DNA of 64,000 bases from an uncultured Verrucomicrobiales bacterium (GTDB taxonomy: Bacteria > Verrucomicrobiota > Verrucomicrobiia > Verrucomicrobiales > Akkermansiaceae). A model generated the notes under the pieces. It was not told where the DNA came from and searched no databases. It saw only the letters and a list, made by a program, of their open reading frames with translations. Made by a program: the position numbers and the translations under genes. This document shows positions 1 through 10,633 of the stretch, piece by piece; the first letter of the stretch is position 1, and every line of letters begins with the position of its first letter. The DNA is taken from positions 944 through 64,943 of the forward strand of contig CAYNLE010000004.1 of the NCBI GenBank assembly GCA_964397975.1, in the 5' to 3' direction.

Positions 1-50
1 TGCCAACAGTGACTGTCTCAGTGAATAACGGCGGTAATATTAATAGCTAG
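1..50 (+). CDS. Possible 3' end of an upstream gene (partial; ...PTVTVSVNNGGNINS*)
   Basis: Frame from nt 3 is open to TAG at 48-50 and is followed by a hairpin plus T-run; only 15 codons are visible. Confidence 0.3.
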   Translation, partial: PTVTVSVNNGGNINS

Positions 51-79
51 AGGAGAAAATTTCCCTCTTCAGCTTTTTT
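45..79. terminator. Likely bidirectional intrinsic terminator
   Basis: Imperfect inverted repeat AGCT-A-GAGG-A-GAAA / TTTC-CCTC-TTC-AGCT, followed by TTTTTT on +; lies downstream of the thiG stop on -. Confidence 0.5.
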
Positions 80-110
80 AATTTATTTCTTACATCCAGC
101 CAGATGACCT

Positions 111-908
111 TCACTCTAAGAACCCTGTTAGAGGACTTGTTGCTGAGGCTTGATCGTCATCTTCTGGTAAGCCCATTTCATAGGCTGCTCTGCCAGCTTC
201 GACGCTGGATTTAAATGCCGAACTCATTCTAACCGGATCACTGGCTATCGCCATAGCTGTATTTACTAATACGGCATCAGCGCCTAGCTCCATAGCTTCC
301 GCTGCATGACTTGGCGCTCCTAAACCAGCATCTACTACGACAGGAACGATTGCCTGGTCGACAATGATGCGGACTTGGTCACGAGTCACCACACCTTTGT
401 TAGAACCGATGGGTGCACCGAGTGGCATGACAGCTGCGGTGCCTACTTCTTGTAAACGTTTAGCTAAAACTGGGTCAGCATTAATATATGGTAAAACAGT
501 GAATCCTTCTTTCACGAGAATTTCTGCCGCCTTAAGTGTCTCAATAGGGTCAGGTAGTAGGTAAGTAGGGTCAGGATGTATTTCTAACTTAATCCACTTC
601 GGTAAACCTGCTACTGCTGCTAAACGAGCAAGACGAACTGCTTCATCTGCGTCCATAGCACCGCTGGTATTGGGTAAAATAAGATATTTTTCAGGGTCGA
701 TAAACTTTAAGATATTTGCCTGAGGGTCATTCTCCCCAGTAAGGTCAGCTCTGCGGAGAGCCACCGTGACAATCTGGGTGCCTGAGGCTGATAGCGTATC
801 GCGCATCAACTCATTCGAAGCAAACTTGCCTGTTCCCACCATAAGACGAGATGAAAATGTACGGTCGGCTATAACGAGGGGTTGATTAGCTAAAGGGCAG
901 TTGCTCAT
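111..908 (-). CDS. thiG: Thiazole synthase ThiG
   Basis: [29 protein letters not shown] (Schiff-base Lys), [20 protein letters not shown] and VLVNTA motifs. Confidence 0.97.
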   Translation of the reverse strand: MSNCPLANQPLVIADRTFSSRLMVGTGKFASNELMRDTLSASGTQIVTVALRRADLTGENDPQANILKFIDPEKYLILPNTSGAMDADEAVRLARLAAVAGLPKWIKLEIHPDPTYLLPDPIETLKAAEILVKEGFTVLPYINADPVLAKRLQEVGTAAVMPLGAPIGSNKGVVTRDQVRIIVDQAIVPVVVDAGLGAPSHAAEAMELGADAVLVNTAMAIASDPVRMSSAFKSSVEAGRAAYEMGLPEDDDQASATSPLTGFLE

Positions 909-965
909 AAGAAAATAGTGCTTTGGTGGCTAGCCTACTCGTCAGAGCGGCATAGCCTCGGGCGC

Positions 966-995
966 ACCATAAGGTTTTTATGACCTTTCTTGCAA
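966..995 (-). promoter_or_regulatory. Putative sigma70 promoter for thiG
   Basis: TTGCAA-N18-TATGGT on the minus strand. Confidence 0.45.
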
Positions 996-1129
996 GTATA
1001 AGGGCTAATTCATTTTGATTACAAAAACAATACCTCTATTCTATGGGATCTGCTGAGTTAAAAGACACTTATTGGTCAGCACTTCTGCGGTCAGAGCCTC
1101 TGACTCCACAGCTAGGTATCAGTTTTAGC

Positions 1130-1825
1130 TTACTGCTTATTCTGTAAATCAAACCATAGTTTGAAAGACCTCTCTTCCTCCTCTTGTTCCTGAGGAAACA
1201 AGGTCAAATCACGCCTAATCAACGTTACCTCTTTCTTTATAAGCTGATTGTTACGCATGATCTCAAGCGTAACAACATCATCTGGATGCTTCGCTTTAAC
1301 ATAATCAATAAAGGCAAGTGTTGCCCCCCCGGCTCCTATTATTCTAGCAATATCACCAGCTCCCTTTATTTTGGAGAAATCAAGATCATCTAGGACAATA
1401 ACCTTATCACCGACCCTTAACCCTGCGGCGGCACCTGCTTTATCTGGTGTGACCCCAATAATCTCAACTGAAATTCGTTGTATCCCATCAGGATCAACTA
1501 CAATGGAGTCACGAATATTGACACCTATAAACCCCTGCCCATTACCTTTTTTTCTAAATAAAAAGGCTTCTTTAGTCAGGCTGAGGCACCGAGCCCGTAA
1601 CTCGGGGTTCTCTGTTTCACTCCATAGTTTAAACAATTTCTCAGAAGAAACTTGAGGATGTTTCTCAGCCCACTTTTTCAGGCCTGTATATGCAGTTTCT
1701 CTTTCATCAAAGCTATCTGATGTCAGATTACTCACATATTCTTTCGGTATCTCCTGTGCTACAGCATACGCTGATACACAGATCATGAATACTAACACTT
1801 TGTATATCATCTTACCTCTCATCAC
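1130..1825 (-). CDS. Secreted PDZ-domain protein with helical N-terminal region
   Basis: Signal peptide (..SAYAVA|QE); GFIGV carboxylate-binding loop; VTPDKAGAAAGLRVGDKV PDZ signature. Confidence 0.8.
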   Translation of the reverse strand: MMRGKMIYKVLVFMICVSAYAVAQEIPKEYVSNLTSDSFDERETAYTGLKKWAEKHPQVSSEKLFKLWSETENPELRARCLSLTKEAFLFRKKGNGQGFIGVNIRDSIVVDPDGIQRISVEIIGVTPDKAGAAAGLRVGDKVIVLDDLDFSKIKGAGDIARIIGAGGATLAFIDYVKAKHPDDVVTLEIMRNNQLIKKEVTLIRRDLTLFPQEQEEEERSFKLWFDLQNKQ

Positions 1826-1861
1826 TTAGAAATACATTTATCTACCAACCATCAGCCTGCA

Positions 1862-2731
1862 CTATTGGAAGTCGAGTGATAGATCCAAGGCCACGGCAGA
1901 ATGAGTCAATGCACCTACGGAAATAAAGTCGACCCCTGTCTTCGCTATCTCAGCGATGGTATCGAGGTTCACGCCACCACTGGCTTCGAGCAATGGTGCT
2001 GAGTCACCATAAGAGTCACGCATTTTCACTGCATTCTTCATGGTCTCGTTATCCATATTATCGAGTAAAATATAATCTACACCATCCAACTTTAAAAAAT
2101 CACCTACCTGCCCGAGCGTATCTGTTTCCAGCTCTACCTCCACCTTTGGCCTATCTTTTTTAAGCTTATTAATGGCGTCTTGAATAGCTTCTAGTTTATT
2201 CTCAGCGACGAGATGGTTGTCCTTCACCATAGCGCGATCATATAACCCCATACGGTGATTCTTCCCACCACCTGCGAGCACTGCCATTTTTTCCAGAGCA
2301 CGCCAGCCAGGTGTTGTCTTTCTCGTATCTAATACTTTCACTTCAGTATCGCTGATCAGCTTTACGAAGCGGCTCGTCTGTGTCGCAACTCCCGATAGTC
2401 TCTGGAGAAAATTCAGAGCCGTTCGCTCTGCAGTAAGAATAGATCTTGCTGAACCAGAAATCTCGATCACACGGTCACCGTGATTCAAAACATCACCATC
2501 TTTCATCAGAAGCTTCACATCTAGCGACAGGTCTATTCTCATAAAAACCTCTCGAGCGATATCAACACCTGCTAAAACCCCCTCAGCCTTCGAGTGAATA
2601 AATGACTCCGACTGTCTACCTTCAGGAACAAAATACTGTGAGGTGACATCCCCGGTCTTAATGTCGCCATCGAGATCTTCACTCAGGGCAAGGTCGATCA
2701 AGTTACTCGTTACATCACATATTTTGCTCAT
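1862..2731 (-). CDS. nadC: Nicotinate-nucleotide diphosphorylase (quinolinate phosphoribosyltransferase)
   Basis: ERTALNFLQRLSGVAT, DTRKTTPGWR, NHRMGLYD, MVKDNH, LLDNM, EASGG, ISVGALTHS motifs. Start moved from TTG 2773 to ATG 2731 because the extension is promoter sequence. Confidence 0.97.
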   Translation of the reverse strand: MSKICDVTSNLIDLALSEDLDGDIKTGDVTSQYFVPEGRQSESFIHSKAEGVLAGVDIAREVFMRIDLSLDVKLLMKDGDVLNHGDRVIEISGSARSILTAERTALNFLQRLSGVATQTSRFVKLISDTEVKVLDTRKTTPGWRALEKMAVLAGGGKNHRMGLYDRAMVKDNHLVAENKLEAIQDAINKLKKDRPKVEVELETDTLGQVGDFLKLDGVDYILLDNMDNETMKNAVKMRDSYGDSAPLLEASGGVNLDTIAEIAKTGVDFISVGALTHSAVALDLSLDFQ

Positions 2732-2737
2732 ACCGTC

Positions 2738-2766
2738 AGTTTCAGCCAAATATCCATCAATGACAA
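2738..2766 (-). promoter_or_regulatory. Sigma70-like promoter, leaderless configuration (nadC)
   Basis: TTGTCA-N17-GAAACT-N6-ATG(2731). Confidence 0.6.
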
Positions 2767-2865
2767 CTCCCAAGCTTATTTTTTAGAAAAACTTACAAGT
2801 ACATCCACTAGAATGGTATAGATTACCATTGAGTATCCAGTATTTTCTGGCAGAACACTGCCACG

Positions 2866-4851
2866 ATGCTAGCTATTCAAAATTTACGTGTTGAATATGG
2901 AGCCAGAGTCTTATTTAAGGATCTGACTTTTTCTGTTATGGAGAAAGAGCGGATTTCCTTCGCTGGACATAACGGTGCCGGAAAATCAACGTTGATGAAA
3001 TGCATCGCTGGAATCATAGAAAGCAGCGGCGGAAAAATCACCAAACCAAAGCTCTGTAAAATAGGTTACCTACCACAAGAAGGTATTCACATTAAAGGCA
3101 TCACTCTCTGGGACGAAGTCGAGTCAGCCTTTGCTGAAACAAAAACTATGCAGCAGGATATCGATAGAATGTCTGATGAGCTAAGCGATGTTGACCCGAT
3201 GTCATCTAAATACTCAGACCTCCTAGAGCAAATCGGTGAACTAGAACTACGACTTGAAGATTCAGATATAGGGAAAATCAAACCTCGTATCGAATCTGTG
3301 CTAACGGGTCTAGGATTTAAGCGAAAGGACTTCGAGCGCGACTGTGGCGAATTCTCTGGTGGATGGCAGATGCGTATCGCCCTCTCTAAGCTACTACTCG
3401 CAGCACCAGATGTGCTATTACTCGATGAGCCGACAAACCACCTCGACATCGAATCACAGAAGTGGATGGAAAATTATCTGGTCAAATACCCAGGTGCTAT
3501 TCTCATCATATCTCACGACCTTGCCCTACTGGACATGCTGACTACGAGAACGATCGCGTTCAGTCACGGCCGTGCAGAAGAGTATGCAGGCAACTACTCA
3601 TTTTATGTGAAGGAGTCAGTTCTCAGAAAAGAGATTCTTCTAAAGATGTATAAGTCTCAGCAGCGTGAGATTAAGCAGACTCAAGATTTTATTGATCGGT
3701 TCCGCTCTAAGGCATCTAAAGCGAAACAAGTTCAGAGCCGTATCAAGCAATTAGAAAAAATCGAACGTATCCAGATCGAACAAGACGATGCTGTGATGAG
3801 CTTTAAATTCCCTGATCCTCCAGCATCAGGCCAAAGCGTCGCGATGCTAGAAGGGGCGTGTAAATCCTATGGCGAACTTGAGATCGTCAACGATTTCGAC
3901 TTTGAAGTAACGCGTGGTGAGCGCATAGCCATCGTGGGGCCGAATGGCGCTGGAAAATCAACTTTTTGCCGAATGATCACTGGCCAGGAAGAACCTGACT
4001 CAGGCACTCACACATTTGGTCATAAAGCAGCAGTATCATTCTTCTCACAAAACCACGCCGATGAGCTAGACCCTAACCAAACGGTAATGGAATGTGCTGA
4101 ATCTGCAGCCTCACGCGAAACCGTCGCCCTAGCTAGAAACCTACTAGGCTGTTTCCTTTTCCGTGGTGATGATGTATTTAAAAAAGTAGGAGTTCTATCA
4201 GGTGGTGAGCGTTCTCGTGTCGCGCTCGTCTGTATGTTACTACGCCCTGCGAACTTCCTCATTCTTGACGAACCAACGAACCACCTCGATATCCAATCTC
4301 AGGAAGTGCTCCAAAACGCACTCAGAGACTACCCCGGTTCATACCTAATCGTTTCTCACAACAGGTCATTCCTCGACCCTATCGTCACCAAAACACTCGA
4401 GTTTCGCCCTGGTGAAAAACCTAGAAGCTTCGCTGGTAACATCACTTACTACTTAGAGAAAATAGACGAGGAAAAAGCTGTAGCGAGGCAAGGCTCCGCT
4501 CAGACTAAGACGAGCAACCAAGCTAAGCCACAAGCAAGAGCTGCTCATCAACCTGGAGTAAACCGTAAAGAGCAGCGTAAAATAGAAGCTGAAAAAAGAA
4601 GGCTCCGAAACGATGTCCTCAAACCACTGAAAAGTGACTTTGAAAAAACTGAAACGAATATCTCAGAGCTAGAGGCTGCTCAAGCCACCCTAACAGAGCA
4701 CATGGCGGATCCGGCTATCTCAGCTGATTCAGAAAAACTACAGGAATCATCATCTGCATACCGTAATATCTCTGATAAACTAGAAAAAGCTTACAGCCTC
4801 TGGGAAGAGTATAATAGTAAGATCGAAAAGCTAGAGAAAGAGCTTAATTAG
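2866..4851 (+). CDS. ABC-F family ATP-binding protein (YheS/Uup-like) with C-terminal coiled coil
   Basis: Two ABC domains (GHNGAGKST/FSGGWQMR/LLLDEPTNHLD and GPNGAGKST/LSGGERSR/LILDEPTNHLD); no TM segments. Confidence 0.95.
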   Translation: MLAIQNLRVEYGARVLFKDLTFSVMEKERISFAGHNGAGKSTLMKCIAGIIESSGGKITKPKLCKIGYLPQEGIHIKGITLWDEVESAFAETKTMQQDIDRMSDELSDVDPMSSKYSDLLEQIGELELRLEDSDIGKIKPRIESVLTGLGFKRKDFERDCGEFSGGWQMRIALSKLLLAAPDVLLLDEPTNHLDIESQKWMENYLVKYPGAILIISHDLALLDMLTTRTIAFSHGRAEEYAGNYSFYVKESVLRKEILLKMYKSQQREIKQTQDFIDRFRSKASKAKQVQSRIKQLEKIERIQIEQDDAVMSFKFPDPPASGQSVAMLEGACKSYGELEIVNDFDFEVTRGERIAIVGPNGAGKSTFCRMITGQEEPDSGTHTFGHKAAVSFFSQNHADELDPNQTVMECAESAASRETVALARNLLGCFLFRGDDVFKKVGVLSGGERSRVALVCMLLRPANFLILDEPTNHLDIQSQEVLQNALRDYPGSYLIVSHNRSFLDPIVTKTLEFRPGEKPRSFAGNITYYLEKIDEEKAVARQGSAQTKTSNQAKPQARAAHQPGVNRKEQRKIEAEKRRLRNDVLKPLKSDFEKTETNISELEAAQATLTEHMADPAISADSEKLQESSSAYRNISDKLEKAYSLWEEYNSKIEKLEKELN

Positions 4852-4885
4852 GTTCACCCTACTCTGTGTTTCCCTCCGAGCTTCT

Positions 4886-5479
4886 CTACAAGCCTCTTGC
4901 TTCTAGTAGGCGAGCTACGTGCTTAGCTAGCACGTCCGCCTCTAGGTTAACTAACTGACCTATAGAAGCCTTACTCAAATGAGTCATTTCCCATGTGTGT
5001 GGAATGATCCAGAAAACAGCACTCTCGTCTGTCAGCTCTGCTATCGTGAGAGAGATACCGTCGATCGTTAAAGAGCCTTTATCGATGCAAAGCTTGAGAA
5101 TATCTGCAGGCAGTTTTATTTCCAAGCGGTAATCAGAACCGTGCTCAGATAGATCTAGAACAGTTCCTGTAGCGTCGATATGACCTTGAACAAAATGTCC
5201 ACCAAAACGAGAGCCTGCTAGCATAGCCCGTTCTAGATTAACGAGTGAACCTTCTTTTAGTTCCCCCAGCGATGTAACATCTAATGTTTGCTTTAAGATG
5301 TCAAAATCAGCCGTCGCACCATCAAAAGACGCGACGGTTAGACAACAACCATTCACTGCAATGGACTCACCAAGTACAAGCTCAGAAGAAAAAGGCACAG
5401 AGAGAGTCAGTTTCGCCTGCTCTCCCTTAAGCTGAAAAGCTTCCACTTTCCCTGTTGCTTCTACGAGCCCTGTAAACAT
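4886..5479 (-). CDS. ribE: Riboflavin synthase (alpha chain)
   Basis: N-terminal MFTGLV, SIAVNGCCLTV, VNLERA, GGHFVQGHID, KGSLTIDGISLT, IIPHT, VNLEAD. Confidence 0.96.
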   Translation of the reverse strand: MFTGLVEATGKVEAFQLKGEQAKLTLSVPFSSELVLGESIAVNGCCLTVASFDGATADFDILKQTLDVTSLGELKEGSLVNLERAMLAGSRFGGHFVQGHIDATGTVLDLSEHGSDYRLEIKLPADILKLCIDKGSLTIDGISLTIAELTDESAVFWIIPHTWEMTHLSKASIGQLVNLEADVLAKHVARLLEARGL

Positions 5480-7140
5480 TAGTGCTGGTCGTTAGCTTTT
5501 GTCTCTTCACCGTGTTCCCCAGAAACATGCACTTCTGTTACCTCTTCTTGTTCAAAGATTTTATTACGATGAGGGTCTGGAGCCATCAGCATGATGACCG
5601 AAACAATCACTGTAGGAACGAAAGCTCCCATGATCAGCTTAAATGGAGAAACCCCATCGCCGAAGAAGCGACTGAGAAGCGCCTGACCTGCTGGGTTAGG
5701 AGCATTAGCGATCACAGTTAAACCTCCACCACAAACTGCGCCGGCAAGCACTGCATACTTGAGCCCAGCATCAAGTCCATCTACCTGACTCGCTAGGAAT
5801 GTAATCGCTGCGTTATCATTAAATGATGTGAGAACGATAGAGCCAACGAAGAGCGGAAGCTCAGTCAAACTCGTGATAATAGGTGCAAGCCACCATCCCT
5901 GAAGACCACCGTGAATAACTAGACCTGCGAGGAAGAAGCCGACAAGAATAGGCCCCTTCAACTGAATCTCAAACTGGTGGTGCGCTGTGCCCTGACGGAA
6001 CGCTACGAAGAATAAGAAGCCACCGATGAATAAAGCTGGGTCATGAGCGAAGAATACCGTCCACCCCATGAAGAGTAGATGGATAACCGTAATCCATAAT
6101 GGGATAGGACGGTTGTGGTCATCTTGTAGGTCTCCCTGCCCATCACCATCATGATCTTCTAATTTATCAGACAGACTCTTAAGCTCTTTGCGGAAAATGA
6201 CCCAGTAAAGGGCAGTCGAAATTACGATTCCAACAATCGCTTTTAAGCCGAAGTGAACTAGCATTTCTGGAGTCGTAATCCCCCACTTTTCTGGAGATGC
6301 TACCATAAGAACAGGCGGAGCGGCGAAGTTAGTTAACACACCACCGACTGAGATATTTACAAATAAGAGACCCAACGTTCCATAGGCTAGTTTCACACTT
6401 GGCTTAAGCTTGTAGAACTTCTTAGCGAGTAACATCGCTGCGATAGTCATCGCTCCTGGCTCAGTGATAAATGATCCTAGAATAGGTGCTACGGTGAGAA
6501 TAGATAGCCACCAAGCCATCGGTGTTTCCTTACCAAGTTTAGCGACTGCACCGAGCGCATTCTCTGCGAAGCGTAATACAGGCTTAGTAGACGCCAATGC
6601 CATGATAATGACCACGAACATCGGCTCAGTAAAATTAACTGATGAGATATAACTCTTCATCGTGCCGATATCATAAAACGAAATAATAGCGCCCATAAGA
6701 GCCAGCACCCAGATACCAAATATAGCTTCTATCTCTCCTAAGAAGTGGAGTAAGGTTGCCTTAAAGCTAACCATGTCTTTGGCTTTCGCCTTTTCACCTA
6801 CCTTAGCTTTTTCACGGCGGACTTTAGCGTCATAGTCGTGCTGAACCTTATGCGAATACTTAGTGATCGGAACTGCAAAAAAGGTGTGAATGATCGCCAA
6901 TAGGAAGATGATACTAGCAACAACGAGGAATGGCTGCTCACTAGCACGATAGCTAATCTTTTCAGCCATGGTCTCAAGGCCTTTTGCGGCTTCCTCAGCG
7001 GGGAAAGCTTCCATACGTTGCTTAAACTCAGGAACCACAGCTGCATGCCCACCACCTCCAGCAGCGCTAGCCACGGAAGTAAGTAGAGTAGACGTAGAGA
7101 TAAAAACTAGAAGTAGCTTCAAGTAAGTATTATTAATCAT
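5479..7140 (-). CDS. Putative Na+/H+ antiporter (DUF1504-like) membrane protein
   Basis: About 12 TM helices; HTF, GEIEAIFG, FTEPMFV, SFITEPGAMT, VNISVGGVLTNFAAPPVLMVA, FNDNAAIT, GGGLTVIANAPNPAG motifs; stop overlaps the ribE start (TAATG). Confidence 0.85.
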   Translation of the reverse strand: MINNTYLKLLLVFISTSTLLTSVASAAGGGGHAAVVPEFKQRMEAFPAEEAAKGLETMAEKISYRASEQPFLVVASIIFLLAIIHTFFAVPITKYSHKVQHDYDAKVRREKAKVGEKAKAKDMVSFKATLLHFLGEIEAIFGIWVLALMGAIISFYDIGTMKSYISSVNFTEPMFVVIIMALASTKPVLRFAENALGAVAKLGKETPMAWWLSILTVAPILGSFITEPGAMTIAAMLLAKKFYKLKPSVKLAYGTLGLLFVNISVGGVLTNFAAPPVLMVASPEKWGITTPEMLVHFGLKAIVGIVISTALYWVIFRKELKSLSDKLEDHDGDGQGDLQDDHNRPIPLWITVIHLLFMGWTVFFAHDPALFIGGFLFFVAFRQGTAHHQFEIQLKGPILVGFFLAGLVIHGGLQGWWLAPIITSLTELPLFVGSIVLTSFNDNAAITFLASQVDGLDAGLKYAVLAGAVCGGGLTVIANAPNPAGQALLSRFFGDGVSPFKLIMGAFVPTVIVSVIMLMAPDPHRNKIFEQEEVTEVHVSGEHGEETKANDQH

Positions 7141-7236
7141 GATATTAGGGAAGTGACTATTCAGTCCGCACTGTTCGTATGGGATGAATAAGAATCGGTC
7201 AAGCGAATCGGTTTTCTATTATTAAGAAAGCCTTTA

Positions 7237-9312
7237 TTATACTAATTTTTGTCTACGATTGGTCACGAATGCAGCAATCAATCCTATCATACAAACGGAA
7301 GACATAATAGCATACAGCCCCCAAATCGCACCTATGCCATCGATGAAGCCATACGAGTGAAGCCCTGTACTCAATGAGTTCACATGCCACCATGAAAAGG
7401 CCACGATATTCGCACCAAAAACAGAAGCCACATGAACACCCCATTCACGTAAATAACCGGCGAGGCGAGCATGTAGAAGAACTAGGCACCATAGCACAAT
7501 CATTAGTGCTCCATTCTCCTTAGGATCCCAGCCCCAGAAACGACCCCACGAATCATTCGCCCAGATACCACCTAGCACTGTGCCTATTAAACTGAAAAAC
7601 AACGTAAAACAGATCATACCGTAAGCGATACGAGTCATTGCACGGCGGAAACTCTTGTCCCCTTCATCGATCCCAAGCACACGGGCGAAAATATAAATCA
7701 CGGATAAACCAGCTGAAGCCAAACCGCCCATGTATCCGATTGTGACGGTAACCACGTGTGTCGAGAGCCAGAAGTTTGATTTTAAAACAGCGACAAGAGG
7801 GTCCATATGGTCTTTTCCATCACCTACCTCGTATCGGCGAGCGAGGAACATACAAATAAGCCCCATGAATACAGCTAAACCGAGCGCAACCATTCTACGC
7901 GTCAGAAGCTCCACGATTAGCAGAACAAACACTCCAGTAGTAGCAATGAAAATAATTGTATCATAAAGGTTACCCACGGGAGAGCGATCCATAATCAAGC
8001 AACGGTGAGTAATTCCTACAACCATCAAACCTAGTGCATACAAACTTAAGGCTATAGCAATATAGGATAGGCAACGAGCAAACCGAGTCTGCGGCGCCAG
8101 CCAGCCCGTCATGACAAATAATGATGCAATCAAGAAAACGACCAAGGCATTAAAAAAGTAATTACGCTGCGTATACTTCACCTCTGAGCTAAGAGTATCA
8201 ACAACCTCTCCACCTATACGTTCGTGAACCGATGCCTTCCATAACATTAAAGCCTTAGTAAAACCCTCCTGTGACTCTGTATCAGCATTCAGAGCAATAG
8301 TTACATCCTCAAGTTTCACCATATCCTCTACTAAGGCTCGTGAATGAGATGTATCTCCACTTACTATCTTTTCCATACGCAAGCCTACACTTACCCATTC
8401 GTTCTCCCCCTTATCATATGAAGGAATCATATGCACCCCACTGTCTGCATGGATCATTCTCCCCTGAAGCTCAGAAAATAGGTTCTGTAACTTAGGAGGT
8501 AGACCTTGCTGGTCTGAGTTCATTTCCCTGACGGCCTTAACAAGCACAGGAAAACTCTTAATCCAGTAACTCATACGCGCCATCCCTTCATTCGTTGCTG
8601 AAGATGACTCAAGAGGAATGTCAGCTCTGGCAAAGTCAAAGTGGTGAGTTATTTTTCTAAAAAGGAAAATTTGCTGCGCTAGGTCAATAGTGCGTCGCTG
8701 GGCTGGCCTCATCTTTGCCTTATCAGGTTGCGACTGTTCAATCACTTGTGCCTGTGTTCCCAATAAAAAAAGAACTGGCTCCAGTTCATTAAAACTATAA
8801 CGGTCACGTTTCCCTTTTCCTTCAAGAACTCCGTTAACCAACTCTTTCTGTCTCGATGGATCAATTTGCGGCCCCCCATGACTCCCCGCTGGCACAACTA
8901 CAGAAGCTAGTGACGCTAAAACCTCATCATTATCGATACGGAAAAGCGGCAATTCGCGTGCTAGCTCTGGACGGAATAAACAATCCAGCATGACATGCTC
9001 AGGTTTCAATTTAACCTTCTCACCGCCGACGGTGATTTTCATGGAGCGTGAACCATAAAGGTTCAGCATATTAAAACCAGCCCAGGTAGAAAACGGCTTA
9101 ATACGGCCACCGTCTTGAAACGCTATATCGCGAGATGCATCAATAGCAGCTTCACTCCAAGGTACATATTTTGAAATTTCGCTTGGCTTATCTGAGGATA
9201 CATTTTTACGTGCAGTCATCAAAGCGTAGGCACCTATTAAGGAGACCATGATAAGAAAAGCCGCCCACCGACCTATTCTAGCCCTCGTTTTTACCGAATT
9301 TGTTACGCTCAT
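7237..9312 (-). CDS. ccsA: Cytochrome c biogenesis protein CcsA (system II) with large extracytoplasmic domain
   Basis: WWD motif WANDSWGRFWGWDPKE; heme-ligand His in WLSTHV and GLHSYG; PVGNLYDT. Confidence 0.92.
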   Translation of the reverse strand: MSVTNSVKTRARIGRWAAFLIMVSLIGAYALMTARKNVSSDKPSEISKYVPWSEAAIDASRDIAFQDGGRIKPFSTWAGFNMLNLYGSRSMKITVGGEKVKLKPEHVMLDCLFRPELARELPLFRIDNDEVLASLASVVVPAGSHGGPQIDPSRQKELVNGVLEGKGKRDRYSFNELEPVLFLLGTQAQVIEQSQPDKAKMRPAQRRTIDLAQQIFLFRKITHHFDFARADIPLESSSATNEGMARMSYWIKSFPVLVKAVREMNSDQQGLPPKLQNLFSELQGRMIHADSGVHMIPSYDKGENEWVSVGLRMEKIVSGDTSHSRALVEDMVKLEDVTIALNADTESQEGFTKALMLWKASVHERIGGEVVDTLSSEVKYTQRNYFFNALVVFLIASLFVMTGWLAPQTRFARCLSYIAIALSLYALGLMVVGITHRCLIMDRSPVGNLYDTIIFIATTGVFVLLIVELLTRRMVALGLAVFMGLICMFLARRYEVGDGKDHMDPLVAVLKSNFWLSTHVVTVTIGYMGGLASAGLSVIYIFARVLGIDEGDKSFRRAMTRIAYGMICFTLFFSLIGTVLGGIWANDSWGRFWGWDPKENGALMIVLWCLVLLHARLAGYLREWGVHVASVFGANIVAFSWWHVNSLSTGLHSYGFIDGIGAIWGLYAIMSSVCMIGLIAAFVTNRRQKLV

Positions 9313-9341
9313 CGTTTTATGATTAAGTGTTTAATAAACTA

Positions 9342-10571
9342 TTAAGCTGCCTTCTTCTTACTTCTACTCGTCGAACGCATAATGTAGGAACCTAACATCA
9401 CCCCAAAATGAATGGTAAGCCCCACGATCGACATATAAATACTATACTTTGGCCACTGATCTGACGGGTTTTTTACAATAGCGAAACCTGACTGCGCCCG
9501 CTCTGTCTCACCTGACCACCTCGCCTGATAGAGTGTGTAGCCATTATATCGCATCGGCTCGTTCATCTTGATCGTATAATTTTTCTCACCCTCATCAGCG
9601 CCGTCTGTCTGATCGGCAAAACGTGTAATTTCACTCTGGAAAGAACTAGGCTTAGTCGTGCCTGGATAATATTCACCTACGGAACTGTCTAATCTGACAC
9701 TGAAAGGCATTGGCCAGACCTCTCTGACGAGATTAAAACCGAAGACTCGACCATCGACTGTCGCCGTCACCATATCAACATGCGGACCATAAAGTAATAA
9801 TTTGCTTCCCCCTGCTGAACCCTCTTTCGGTAAAATATCAATAAAACAGCCTGCTGCGTTCTCCTCCTCCATCACCGCGTTATCGGTCCACTGAAGTGAT
9901 AGACCATCTACAACGGGAAAGTTACCTCTTTGAGATCCCTTAGCGGCTATAAGCTCACTATTTCTCATCCAGTAACTGACATCAACATCGAACGGCAGCT
10001 CTGGAAACTTAAACTTCCGTGTATCCTCAGGATCGAGTGACGCTAGATATTTAGCATCCACCACGTAAGGGGCCGTTTTCTGACCATCAATAATCTCAGA
10101 AACCTCGATAGTGTAGTCATAATAACTCTGAGCAAAGTCTGAAGAGTCATCTTCATAGACGAACATAATCCCCTCCTTCGAGTAATGGTGAGAAACAAAG
10201 CCAGCCACCAAAAGACTAATCATACTAAAATGAGCAATGATAACCCCTATCTTTTTCCAACCTTTACGAATCCTTATAATTCCACCGAGAAATAGATTTA
10301 TAAATAAAACAAAACTTACCACATAAGCACCTGGGAGAGGCACACACACAGACTTACCATTGATTTTCGGTAAAATAGGAAGATCAGGGATGACATACCA
10401 CGCCTCAGCATCATAATAACGCTTCTGCACTTCATAGAGCCCTTTCTCTGGCTGCTCTAACGTACTTAACCACGTCAGAACGAATAATAGTAATAAGCAA
10501 GTCGTGGCTACACCAAACCCAGATAAAAAATTAAATATCTGCTTAGGGAGAGAATCGTTACGAGATTTCAT
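9342..10571 (-). CDS. Cytochrome c biogenesis protein ResB/CcsB-like
   Basis: N-terminal TMs, IAHFS His, MPFSVRLD, YYPGT..PSSFQS, IKMNEPMRYNGYTLYQA; adjacent to ccsA. Confidence 0.85.
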   Translation of the reverse strand: MKSRNDSLPKQIFNFLSGFGVATTCLLLLFVLTWLSTLEQPEKGLYEVQKRYYDAEAWYVIPDLPILPKINGKSVCVPLPGAYVVSFVLFINLFLGGIIRIRKGWKKIGVIIAHFSMISLLVAGFVSHHYSKEGIMFVYEDDSSDFAQSYYDYTIEVSEIIDGQKTAPYVVDAKYLASLDPEDTRKFKFPELPFDVDVSYWMRNSELIAAKGSQRGNFPVVDGLSLQWTDNAVMEEENAAGCFIDILPKEGSAGGSKLLLYGPHVDMVTATVDGRVFGFNLVREVWPMPFSVRLDSSVGEYYPGTTKPSSFQSEITRFADQTDGADEGEKNYTIKMNEPMRYNGYTLYQARWSGETERAQSGFAIVKNPSDQWPKYSIYMSIVGLTIHFGVMLGSYIMRSTSRSKKKAA

Positions 10572-10633
10572 AGCGTTACATCAAGTAATGTGTGAGATAA
10601 TAAGATAAGGTAGTTTCTGTAAAGGTAATCGCC

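Noticed and set aside
909-1129. TPP riboswitch upstream of thiG
   Set aside because: No CUGAGA or CUGAU..AUGC..CGUAGGGA consensus on the minus strand
7141-7236. FMN riboswitch upstream of the antiporter-ribE operon
   Set aside because: The spacer is short and lacks AGGGC/GAAAUUCCCGACCG/CAGUC motifs; it contains only promoter-like TTGACC
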